Source: Botryllus schlosseri
Taxonomy: Eukaryota
Assembly (NCBI GenBank): GCA_051294905.1
Contig: CM119379.1
Location: 23,560,001-23,624,000, forward strand
Direction of reading: 5' to 3'
Length of the DNA stretch: 64,000 nt
Positions 13,280-25,700 of the stretch are shown in pieces; within the stretch, counting starts at the first letter, position 1; every line of letters starts with the position of its first letter. Position numbers and translations under genes: made by a program. The notes below the pieces were generated by a model. It did not search any database. It saw only the letters and a list, made by a program, of their open reading frames with translations, and was not told the DNA's origin.

Positions 13280-13699
13280 TAGTGCGGAGCATGGACCGGA
13301 ACAGGATTTTTTCAATTTTGGCCGGACTGGATCGGAGCCGGATCAGTACTTTTTCTGATACGGCCGGAGCCGGATCAGTACTTTTTCTGATACGGCCGGA
13401 GCCGGATCAGTACTTTTTAGATAAGGCCAGAATCATTATGGATACGCATGACCTTTGTAACTAGATAACTACCAACCAACCACACGCAAGTAACCGCCAA
13501 GCCAGTGCGAAACTAAACGAGCCATATTTATAAATTCACGGAACCACCGTACCGCGTTGGGCCGGATTTCCGGCCGGACTTATTCATTTTCGGCCTGAGC
13601 CGGATCAGTACTTTTTCCTGATACGGCCGGAGCCGGACCAGAGAATTGAAAAACCGGATCGGAGTCGGACCAGAGAATTTGTCGATCCGGTCCGTACTA
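13280..13699. mobile_element. hAT MITE with internal GGCCGGAGCCGGATCAGTACT tandem repeats
   Basis: TIR TAGTGCGGA/TCCGTACTA; exact TSD ATAAGAAG (13272-79, 13700-07). Confidence 0.85.
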
Positions 13700-14014
13700 A
13701 TAAGAAGTGCAACAGCATTATTGAGTTGATAGAGTTGTAGTATGACGGTGTATGGGATCCATATACGTTATTCTTGAAGTCGAAGCGATGCTATATTGAG
13801 CAATCTGAATTGATGGACAGACACTTGACGATAGTATATTTTTATGATAATAGCTAGAAATGTTCCACTTATTTCAGGTTCATATTATTATGCTCTAATC
13901 TACGACTTGTTCCAAACGCAATTGATTCGACGACATTGTATATATCACTTTTAATACTTGTAGCGGCCTATTATATCAGATTGCTAGTAGGTGTCGTTTT
14001 ACGTAGTTCTAAAT

Positions 14015-14729
14015 CAGAGTCGGCCAACCCGTTGCCCGCGAGAAGGTTTTGAGTGGTCCGCGAGGTAGGCTAATTTCCGAAATTTCTAATATCATCAAAA
14101 ATGGATTGCACGGATTGTGAACTTGCAAGGCCAACCAAAAATTTGATTAGTCTGGCCGCAACACTTGAGATGTGATGACTAAAATACCAGTTTCGACTCA
14201 TTGACAGATCCATCAACCATTCACATATTGGTATAACTTCGTGCACTACAATAAAGCAGAATAATTTGCGATCGATTTATCAAAGGTAAAAATTTTCTAT
14301 AGGCTTAGCGCAATATGTTGTCACTCGATTTCTTGCTTTTAATATTGTTGCCCTTTTGTGAAAATTGAAGAACACCCAATGTATCAGATTGAGTCTAACT
14401 ATATTCGCGATTACGAGACAAAGTGTCGTTCAACATATGCGACCTTGCGTTTGCGCTCGCAGTATAAGACCGTCGACTATATGAAACCTAGGCACGAAAT
14501 GATTGACGCATGTTGGTCGCAGTTTTCGATATCGATATGTCCATGCGCCGAATAGACCAGCCCTCGCAGACTTAGCCCAGCGATATACAGCAGGCCTGCA
14601 ATATAGTCAAGTGACAATATTATTGACCTATGAACTTCAAAAAATTTTCGCGCTTGGCGCGGATAGTGACCCGCGCAAAAGTTCGTCAATCGAATGTGGC
14701 CCTTTGGCTGAAAAGGTTAGGCAGCCCTG
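14015..14729. mobile_element. hAT-type MITE (family of 6811-7311)
   Basis: CAGAGTCGGCCAACC...GGTTAGGCAGCCCTG; shared internal GCCCGCGAGAAGGTTT and ATTGTGAACTTGC; degenerate TSD TTCTAAAT/TGCTAAGT. Confidence 0.7.
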
Positions 14730-15213
14730 TGCTAAGTCAACAACGCATTGCTTAGAATGCTGTGATATTAATTCAAACATCAGAAAATTGCAAAACTTTC
14801 TGAAGTTAGCTGTTGTTGTTGTTTTGATATTCATGGTGTTTCAACTTCTATTGTCATGGTAATTTTGCACCAGGCCGATATTCCTCATTCGGATTGTCTA
14901 TCGGCCGACTTGCAGCAAGACTTTTGTTAGACACTGGCGTTGTGGCATATCTAGCGTGTTAACAGGGCCGTAACTGCCACACCACAAACCGTCCGATTGT
15001 GAGGCCCAAAATTATTTCGTAATAAATCAACATAATGTAGAGTGTTTTAGGCAGATTTACTCAACCTGAACTTTATGTCCTATAAAAATATTGTAACCTT
15101 GTGAAAGTCCACGTATATGTCTAGCAAAGGGCATCAAAGATTCGAACAACTGTAATCGTATACGGAAGCTGCTTTTCACTGCAAATGGCCCGGATCTGGA
15201 GGCCACCATACGG

Positions 15214-15637
15214 TAGGCTTACCGTATTTTGGAAATCTAAAAAGAGGACACTTTTTCAGAAATTTGAGACTTGCAAAATCGGAGGAGAATTCTCAAGAAC
15301 CGGTGAATTTTTCCCACTTTGTGATCGGTTGACTAAAAAAAGGTCATCTTTCCGCTCAGAGCTCAAAATACCGTTTTGCTCTCCACAGTCCACATTGCTA
15401 GGTGGATGACTAAAAAAAGGTCAACTTTTCGCTCAGAGCTAAAATCACCGTTTTTCACTCCGAAATATCCACCGGAGCGTCACTTATGTGCTAATTTACG
15501 GCATATCACTCACAATTTGCTCTAAATTCGACCTAAATTTTCAAAAAAGAGGACAAAAGGGCGTCCTCCGAGGACACTTTCAAAAAGGTCAAAAAAAAAG
15601 GACAAATCCTCTTAAAAGGGGACGTATGGTAACCCTA
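15214..15637. mobile_element. hAT MITE
   Basis: TIR TAGGCTTACC/GGTAACCCTA; exact TSD CCATACGG (15206-13, 15638-45). Confidence 0.85.
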
Positions 15638-18109
15638 CCATACGGGGGCAATAACGCCGATGCACTCATCAATATTAGGGTTGCGGCAACGGTGAAGCCG
15701 TTTAAATTCGTACACTGCCGCAGAATGTCTGTGAAAGTACTGGCTTGCTTTCTACATTTAAATTCCATGGCCGCTACGTCCCTGGACACCAATAAATACA
15801 GACATAACAGGATGATTTGTTTCCGAGAGTTTTTGACTTACAGCCACTAACATTTCACGCTTTGCAGATCGCAAATTGAGCAATTACTGGAAGATGTTTG
15901 TTTCGGTCAATCGTGATCACGACAGAATGCGAACGGCCATCAGCATCAAATATTATTGCAAAGCCAGTAGCTAAACTGGGCAGGTGGAAATGAATTCAGC
16001 AAACGAACTGGTGGTCCTGGTTTGTAGTTTCGTTGGGAACGAATAAAATGTCACTGAGCGAGCATGTCGAGATAGCGCAGTGGTAAGTTACTAGGGTAAA
16101 GCACCAATGACTTGCGAGGTCGACTCCAGAATTCCTTTCCAGTAGGCTACCCATGTATTGGAAGATTACCAGTGGTTCTTAACTTAAATAACCTAGGGAA
16201 CACTTGATTAATCTGCAAGATTTCGCGGAACCCCACATTATCGCTGAATAATAAAAACAAAAACCTTTCACAAAATGAACCGTGCATCAACAGAGTGGTA
16301 AACGAACAAATTTTCATATAAAACGAAAACATGATGAATGATAGTTTATTTATTTTATTCCATTACATATGAAATTAAGTTGAGTATGGGCAGTCTGGCA
16401 CTCATTTGCTGCAGCTGCAAAAGGAATTCTTGGAACAACAAAACCAAGCAACTATCCGCGGAGATCTCGTATATACGTGATGCTTACGAACTTTCCAGAT
16501 CACGGATGAGCATAAAAGTTATATACCTATTCAGTTACGTGGATCGTTTCGTTCCCTGAAAACCTTCTGTTGATTATTATATTTTGTGTAAAATCTGCAT
16601 TATGGAACATTGTTCCCCAGCCAAAGTGTCCCAATGTGCCCCCTCCACTTCTTCAGAGCACAAAACCCCAACAATTTATAACCGCATTCCCGCGCCAAAA
16701 ATAGTATACAGGGCGACTAATAACTGCTCTGACTAAGCTGTGTACTAATTTCAAGAAAATCAAACGAGATATACTCACCAAAAACACGATCTAATGTAGC
16801 GATTTAATTTACGCAGGCTAGCAAAATTAAGCAATTCTTCACTTTATCACGAAGGCAGCGACCCTGCCGAAATCAAACCTCATCAGGATGACGGCTGATA
16901 TGACACCACTAAGTCATCGAAGCGATGTATATTCTTCCTCTCGGGTTTTAAAAACATTCGCGATGCATACCATTGTGCCCCACCTTCCCCTAATATACGG
17001 TCTACACCGGGGGTCGAGAACCTATGGCTTGCGGGCGATATATGACTCTTTTTGATGACATGATATCGCTCTCTGATATATTTTAATTTATGGTAATTAA
17101 TTGGCATCTTGTAAATTAATTAACAAATTATTTTTCACTTTTCATTATGACCAAAATTATTTTTTGTGGTAGCTGAAACAAGTCTTTTAAAACGGGTCGC
17201 ATACAGGCTTTCTAAGGGGCTCGGAACTGACCCATTTCAAAATCTTAAAATGAATGTCATATGTTGCCTGCTCATTGGTCATTCATCAGTTCAATATAGC
17301 AGCTGCGCAATGTGCACCTTCAAGCTATTTATAGGCAATGTTCCCTGTAAGCTGCGCACGTGCGCAAATGCGCAGTACTGACACGGTCTCTGCGCACAGA
17401 AAATCTAAGTTGCGCACAAAAAATCCGAAGTGAGGACCTTTTTCTTTAGTCGTTACGCACTGTTGTCCAAGGGTCTGCGCGGTAAGTTGGTGAGTGTGTG
17501 CAGACTCGTCAAAAATTAGAGGGAACAGTGTATAGGTCTGCAGCGGACGTCTAATCCGTCGAATTCTATTCGAAGAAGTTTTCATAATTGCAAAAACAGA
17601 GGTTGTACCGACATCACACGCCTTTTAATCATAGATTGCACCATGCATTGTTTAATCATCGAAAAAAGCGGAACAGTTTTCAAATTAACTGTCTTCCTCA
17701 TCATCGGCGACAAATCAACTCCCTCGGAAGTGGCATGTCCAGTTTCATATTACAATCATAGCCATCCGCATTCCCGATAGTTAGGCAGGTAGCTTTCTAG
17801 CACAGTCGTTGAAATGTGTAATCTTCTAGCGCAAGGTTACGTTATCCCCGAAGAATTCAAGTGTTCAGTAATGTAAATTTGACCAACTTATACAAGTTTT
17901 CAATGCTAGTCATAGCTGAATTTAATATCCTAGTTTATAGGAACTGATTGAACCATGCGTTAGATGTGTCTAGAAGTGGGCCGTGCTACAACTAAGTCGA
18001 CAGCAAGGGAATCATAATAATTAATATCGACGTGGTGTAAATGGCGATTGTAATCGCAATAACACCATGTACCACAAACAAAAAACAACAACAACATACC
18101 CTACACAAG

Positions 18110-18350
18110 TACACATGATGTTCGAGTGGCAAAACAATCCGAAGATAGACCAGACATGGTGTCCGTGCGTAAGGCAGTACGAAATATACCCTACCCATGT
18201 CAGAGTGCTAAAATAGTCCGAACATTCCCCAGACATGATGTTCGTGTGGCAAGACAGTCCGACCGTGCCCCAGATATTGTGACCAAGTGCCAACATAGTC
18301 CGAACATACATCAGACGTGATTTCCAAACTGCAACGCAGTCCGAACGTAG
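18110..18350. repeat. Degenerate ~40-bp minisatellite (~6 units)
   Basis: Recurrent (C)AGACATG...AGTCCGAAC units. Confidence 0.6.
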
Positions 18351-18465
18351 GCCCACCCCAGGCATTATGTTAACGTACGCCGTTTGCGTCAGTGACCTGC
18401 GATAATTTAACTAGCCGGAAATCCGCATCTGTGCAACACGGCGACCAGGTGACCTTACTCGCGGG

Positions 18466-18981
18466 TAGGGCTGGGCAAAATGATTCGAGTACTCGAATCT
18501 GAATCGAGTATTAATTTTAATGATTCGAGTCGAGTAGTAAAATACGATATTTTTGAGCACTGAAATTATACGCTCCTCGCCACTGAAAGTTAATTTATTA
18601 ACGAGAATTATAGTTTCAATACTAATTTTCACTGTTGAAGCCTTGAAACCTTGATTGGCGGTATCGTAGCATACGAAACATATAGTACAAAGCTAGGAAA
18701 GTTACTGGACGTAGCACATTTCCAAAATCATGATTATGCCACCGAATTGTCACCAAGTGGAATGAAATCGGATGGACAAAATAATACCAAAGTATCATTT
18801 ATGAGATATATAAGAGGCATTATATTCTTTATGGTGGCATAAACGGTACATATTTGAACTTTGACTTATTACATTCAGTTATGACGTCATAATGAGCGAT
18901 ACTCGATTACTCGACTCGACTCGAAGCATATTACGTGATTCAGAATCGAATCACTCAGCTACTCGATTTTGCCCAGCCCTA
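18466..18981. mobile_element. hAT MITE
   Basis: TIR TAGGGCTGGGCAAAA; exact TSD CTCGCGGG (18458-65, 18982-89); interrupted relative at 55883-57243. Confidence 0.9.
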
Positions 18982-19772
18982 CTCGCGGGTTGTATTGTCC
19001 CCGATTAAGGAGATCGGCATCTGTGCAATCCACCCTAGGATAACGTAATGATCGCCGCCCTTAAAATGATTACTTTACGATGAGCTTGAGCAGTGAGCAC
19101 AGACGTAGAATAGATGATAGCTTGCTAATCAGTCCATCGTTGATATGCCACAGCCGATCACGTGACCGAGATCCTGTAAATAGCCCATTGATGAGTAGCC
19201 TTCACAGCTTGTAACGACTCCACAACGCGCGCTTATCATAATTCATTGATTTTATTACCAATTGATGAAATGTTTCTGCTGGCTGCCCAGAGGGAACGTG
19301 CTACTCTTGTTTGGCGCTGTCACTCAGTGGTGTTCGCAATATACGCAGCTCACCGTTTGCTCCAAACGAATACTTCCGATGTAAGAACCAGCCAGTGCGG
19401 TACGCATCGCACTACAGGCTACAGTCCTTATAAAACGATAAATTTGAGTACTCGTTCTTTCGCGAGGCAATCGATTACGAATCACGATTACCCGATGTCT
19501 GTCGGCCATACCAGTTTCCCCGATGTCACAACAATAAATATAATGAAAACATAAATATCACGAATATGGCTGGTGTGTAGAACAAACGCAACCCGTCACG
19601 GAACACATACAAAGAAGCGTCTCTTTTCGAGCAATTTTTCTCTCGCTACTCGACTCGATTCATTAAAAATAATATTCGATTCGGTTCGAGTACGGGTATC
19701 ATTGTGCGCAGCTCTTTAGTATAGGGACGACGGCTTGAACCGGAGACGTCATCTGCCGCATAATTGGCTGTT

Positions 19773-22700
19773 TTAGTCGCTTCTCGCAGCGATGTCGGCC
19801 GCTAATTCCGCGTCTCGCCTGTAAGGGGCTAGTTTCGAGAACAAATTCCTATCGCCTCCGCCGGTCGACGTTCCGGCGGCGTCCGACAGCTTGGAATGGT
19901 CAGGTTTGTCGGTAACCAGCAGTTCCTCGTCTTCGTCCTTGGCCAGACAGCCGCATTTTCCGAAAGTCTTACCTCTGGAATGAGAAATGGTATAGCCATT
20001 ATAACAGGAAGAAAGAATCGAAGTATCCAAATGCGTGCATTTAATGGAAACATGAAGTAAATAATGCAAGTTACACTGACTAAAACAAATTAATAAAAGT
20101 TTGCCGACTGCTTTTCGATTTCGATTGCAGACCATACGGTGGTCACTAAACATAAATGTCGTTGTCACGTGGGTAGTGTTCTGCGGCTTGTACTGTTATA
20201 TGCTATCTCGTATCTTGGTTTCAAAGCAGTAGCAAGAATGTTTCGCCACAGCGAATTTCGTTCATGACATACAAAGAAGCGTATAATTGCATTGGCTGGT
20301 CAAGTCAGTTGGTCACAAATATATTGATGAAAATAATAGGCGTATATGTTGTTATTACAAAAATATGTTGTGATACGTATAATGCAATCTTTAGATGTCC
20401 TATATCCATACAATTTGACGCATTTACTTTTGTCTGTCAATTCAGCATAAAATAAAAAGCTAACGATACCAAATTTAAAGCAGGCGGGAAGTTAAATTAC
20501 ACAGTTCTATTGCTTTTTTGGATGAAATCTACCTTTGCGTAATAATTATATACAATACAGCCAATCAGTATAGTCCACGGTCCGCCACTAAGTTAACCAA
20601 CAATACAGCCAATCAGTATAGTCCACGGTCCGCCACTAAGTTAACCAACAAAACAGCTTCTCACTTGTGCGATATGATGTAGACGCCGATAAATGAAAGC
20701 GTGCATCCGAACAAGAACATGAATACTTCGAGGAAAGGCACCCCGAGGAATTCTTGATAGAATACCGATCCGGCAAGTATAGCGCTCACAGTGAAGAAAA
20801 TGAAATTGATGGGCACAACGTCAGATACGTTATACAGCTGCATTGCCTGCAAACGAATTTTCGCATTCACTATACTGGAAGATTTGGAAAACGACTCATA
20901 ACGCTCATGACCTAGAATTTAGGCGTCATATAGCTTCTCAACAATCGATGTCAATGAAATTGCCGAAATCCAGGGTCGCATTCAAAACAAAAATCGATTT
21001 AAAACAAAGAGGTTGAAAACACGGTCCTTGTGTATAACATACTCTATTATTATTTTTCTTTTATTTTGAACACGACGTCACGAATATTCAATTGTGACGT
21101 CACAGGGAATCGACGATGTTATATAATTCCTTAAAAATTGTAATCGAAAATATACGGACATCTTGGTTCTTTTGACGAAAAATGTTTCTGACCCCTCCCT
21201 GTCTCAAACGGCTCAAAAATATCTTCGACCATGACTACATCGTCATGTAGCATTTTAAAAGTCGGCGGCCTCATCACCAGAACATCCGTTCCGTTCCAGT
21301 TATATATAACTAAGGGATATAACGGTTGAACCAACGATTATCTCGAGGGTTCCAACCATTCCATATCGTAAATGTCGACTATATCTAGTGCAAGTCGTCT
21401 TAAAAAGCTCGAAAGTATTTACACAATCATGATGTATTAACACAACTCTAGAAAAAATGTCTATTTTAGGAAATGACATTTGTGTAAACACTATTTAATT
21501 TAAATAATACATGTTTTTTTCACTTCTTGGTTAATGCAACCATACCAAACTTTATTTACTACATAGATTTTACAGCTGAACAGTACTCTAATTGCTATTG
21601 TAATGAATCGGATTGATTACGACTATACTACATACCCTGTTCAAAAAGCGTATCTGTATGGCAGTGGTGATAGGTAACACAAACAGCATGATCCAAAATA
21701 CTGGATTCAATATTTCGTGCACGCCGTTTGCGATCGCTTCCGAGAACAGACTCGAAACGGCCTTCGCCGCTATGATTGTGACGGACGCTATTAGCGCCAC
21801 CACCAGTAACAGTACCACCATATGCTCAATTCCCTTTGCATATCTGCGTAAAAAAAACATTTTATACGTTAATCGAGAATCACTATAGTTGTATTTTACA
21901 AATGGTATCGCGAGTCAGCCGAATCCGGTCCGAATAAGAACATAAACAGGTAAACAAGGGATTTTTAACTTTTACTAGCCTGTGGAACACTTATGTGAAT
22001 CTGCAAGCCTTCGGGAAGTACGGAAACCCGAAATTTTTGTTGAGACATACAAGCAAAGATCGACCACAATACACATCTACTACATTAGATTATTTGTGAA
22101 CAAAATGAACTGTACATCAACAGGGTGTTAAACAGTACAGAAGAGGCATGGTGTGCTCTCAACATTTTGCTCTAGCACAGTGGGTCCCAAACGGTGGGGA
22201 ATTCAATGATTTCTGGTGGGGAATAGACGCATTTGTTCAAAATTATGTACAGGAAAGTCTACATATTCACGGAGACACATACGCAATCACCGTTACCAGT
22301 TAACTGCCCTGGAATGTATGTATCGAAAATTATACTGCGTGTTGTTCACAAAACCTAATTTTGAACTCTGGATGGCCACTGATGGCGTCACAAACGCATC
22401 CAGCACGACTAGTTTGAAGCGAAATAACGCTTTCGCGAAATTTTGAGGGTTACTGGTATAGGTTCACAATACGTTTTATGTTGCAGTTAAAGGCGATTGT
22501 CTTGCGTACTGGTGTGGTTGTGCTTCTTGTCTAGTCAAACCAGCAGATAGCTGTTCTGTGATGACAAAAGTGCTGGGTAGTGGGGAGCATGACCGTAACT
22601 GCCGCACCCCGAATTCCCCAATTGGGGAGGGGCGAGCTCGAAGAAGCGAAAAATTATTTCGTTAATTAACATAATTTAAAGTATTTTTTGACATTTATGC

Positions 22701-25700
22701 CACTTCATCAAAAACTTTTCGCGCTGCTGCGCGATTTAATATTGCCGCATCTCTGATTATTCGGTACCCTTAACCCCACGAAAATACGTAGAATTTATAG
22801 AAATGGAGACTTCGGCGTCAGCCATTGTTGCGCCACGACGCACCAAGGCCATGTAACATGCAACTCCGAGAAGTGTGCCAGAACGATCGGCAGCGAGAAA
22901 ACTTGGGCCAAGAAGGAATGGCCTTGTGGTGACCGAAAATTTCGATATAGCCTATATACAATATACAGCACGTGTTCAATTTTCCATAGGCTGCTAAATG
23001 GCTGGCGCCGACTGTTCCTGTCCTGGCGATCTGAACTCCTACCTTTTCCAACACACCTCACTCAGCTCTACCGGTAAATCTGATTACGTGAGCAGAGAGG
23101 TGATAAAAAATTGATAACAAAATATATGCAATTCCCTATCATATTTACCGATTCAAACACGAACTATATAAATTTTTCGCGCTTCGCGCGTTTAGTCCAA
23201 ATAAGGCGACGCACTAAACATATACCCAATGTAGCTGATTTGTAGCGAGAAAAAAGCGTACAGGCTGATGGGGTTGCCTGTACGTTAGTAGTTGGGCTTA
23301 TCACCCTGTGGGAGCCCAAGATCAACGTTTTTTGGGCGGGACTGACGAAGTGCTGTTACGGTCCTGGTGGGGAATGAAGACTGGAAATAAATCTGAAGTG
23401 GGAATGAAGACAAAAAGGTTGGGAACCACTGCTCTAGCATCAGAAAGCCACCCTAAGATAACAGATCAAGTTGTCGCCGACATTTCTCAGTAGGCTGACT
23501 ACTGTGGTAATTATTCAAGACGATATGGATAAAATATGAAGATAGCAATCATGTGAGGTTGAGCGTAGCATTACCACAGACAGTACACGATATCTGACCT
23601 GTACGGTAACGGGTCTAGGCGCCCATTGTCTTTGACCAAAGCGTTATATTGCTTGTACCGACGAGCAGCACAATAGTCCTACGCATTCATATATACATTT
23701 AATGAATCCGGAAAACACCAAGTTATTTCAGAGACGCATTTTACATCAATTTCTACACCTAATTTACCTCATCTCGAGCAATACTTACAAAAGGTACAGC
23801 AGGATGCCTAGAGCGACGGCCTCGAGCGCGATGTACAATAGGAAGCTCCATGCTTTCAATAGACAATATAATTTCTCTGCGGTCAACGATACAGTGTCAA
23901 CTGCCGCAAAGCTCACCAAAAATATCGAGCCAATCTAGAATTAAAACAAATGAAGCGATGTAATGATACATGGCGAAATACCTTCAGGTCTCGGGCATAG
24001 TTTATTGAGTAAGACAACTGAGTGGAAAATCGACCAGGAACGCTACACGGATTCAAAATGGCACAGTAACAATAGCTATAGTGTACGGATGCGACAAACC
24101 AATATTATCAATCACGCAATACGAAAGCTCGAAAATTCTCGGTATGACGCACGCCTTTCGGGCTGAACATACGAGCAAGCCTCAGTGCGAGACACTGAGG
24201 AAGTCGGAAAATGCGCAAAAACAAAGCGACCATTATTGCGTGGCAGATTCGTAGAAGATTGAACGAGTATCATGACTTCTTTCGCGATTGATTACGGTAC
24301 TAAAAGGGGAAAGAGGCAGTGCAGTTGCTGAATCGGAATCAATACATCGAGATGAATTTACATTTCTACAAGGCAATACTAATACTGAACATCCACAAAG
24401 GAGCGGTTAACGTTTCCGATGTGATTTCATTTGCCTACTGAGGCTACTGCGTCCGCAACAATATGACGCATGCGTGAATCCCGCCCGTATACTTACAACG
24501 ATAAAAGTCACTCCGACGACGCTGTGAGGAGTGACCCGTTCCTTCAGAAATATGAAAGCAATCAACACGTTGGATAGCACAGCCACGCTGCCCAGGGGTG
24601 CTACCAGAGACGCCGGCGCGAAGCCGTACGCCATGAAATTGCCAAACTCTCCGATGCCCATCATTGTCATTCCCAACCACCAGTATTTATCCAAACAGTA
24701 CTTGCCTTCGTCGCCGAGCCTAAGAGAAATTTCCGATAAAGTTCGCATGCATCAAGCGATCTAGTATTGGGTAGGAGAATAGTTTCGATAGAGCGATAGT
24801 AGATTGCCACTCTGACGTTCGAAAATATAAAATCTGAATAGTCCCACTTGAGCTCGTCAACTCTCCTGACACGTATGGACTTGTACAAATGTACATAGGG
24901 CTCTTCAAAAATGACTTTTTTTCTCAAATCGTACTGGCTACTTGATAAAATTGTTAGGTTACCTTATTTAAGCCTACACACAAAATTTTGTTTAATTCCA
25001 GCCAGTAACCGCTTTGCTGCAGGAGAAGAAAGTTTCTATTTATTATATAAAAATAAGTAATAAAAAATTTGAAAATTTTCTGTTCACCCCATGAAAGTGT
25101 TAGGCTGGCTATAGAAACGATGCTCACCAAATTTGGTTCAATTCCAACCAGTGGAAGCGGAGTTATTGCCGTCGAAAAATTTGGATTTGAATAAAATAGT
25201 ATTTACGGTTACCGATTCTTTGTTTATTTATTATAGCTGTGCTCACCGTAAATACTATTTTATTCAAATCCAAATTTTTCGACGGCAATAACTTCGCTTC
25301 CATCGGTTGGAATTGAACCAAATTTGGTGAGCATCGTTTCTATAGACAGCCTAACGCTTTCATGGGGTGAACAGAAAATTTTCAAATTTTTTATTATTCA
25401 TTTTTATATTTTAAATAGAAACTTTCTTCTCCTGTAGCAAAGCGGTTACTGGCTGGAATTGAACCAAATTTTCTGTGTAGGCTTAAATTAGGTAACCTAA
25501 CAATTTTATCAAGTAGCCAGTACGATTTGAGAAAAAAAGTCAATTTTGAAGAACCCTAATGTACATGTACGTACATTGCACAAACGCATGTTAACAATGA
25601 ACATCCTACATACCTATGTTTATATTTATCACGATTGATAGATATCAGTCATCATTGTTAACCCACTCGTTGAAGTTAGCATCAATATGGATGGATTTCC

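Noticed and set aside
13290-13690. Repeated GGCCGGAGCCGGATCAGTACT units resembling a CRISPR array
   Set aside because: No unique constant-length spacers and no cas genes; bounded by hAT TIRs and an exact TSD in a eukaryotic context
14477-14689. LDYIAGLLYIAGLSLR looked like a TRPM channel S3 helix
   Set aside because: Lies wholly inside the MITE at 14015-14729; no S4-S6 or TRP-box exons found nearby
19400-19445. HRTTGYSPY resembling a gypsy integrase C-terminal motif
   Set aside because: Isolated 9-aa match with no DDE core, LTRs or other pol remnants; probably NIPAL 3' UTR
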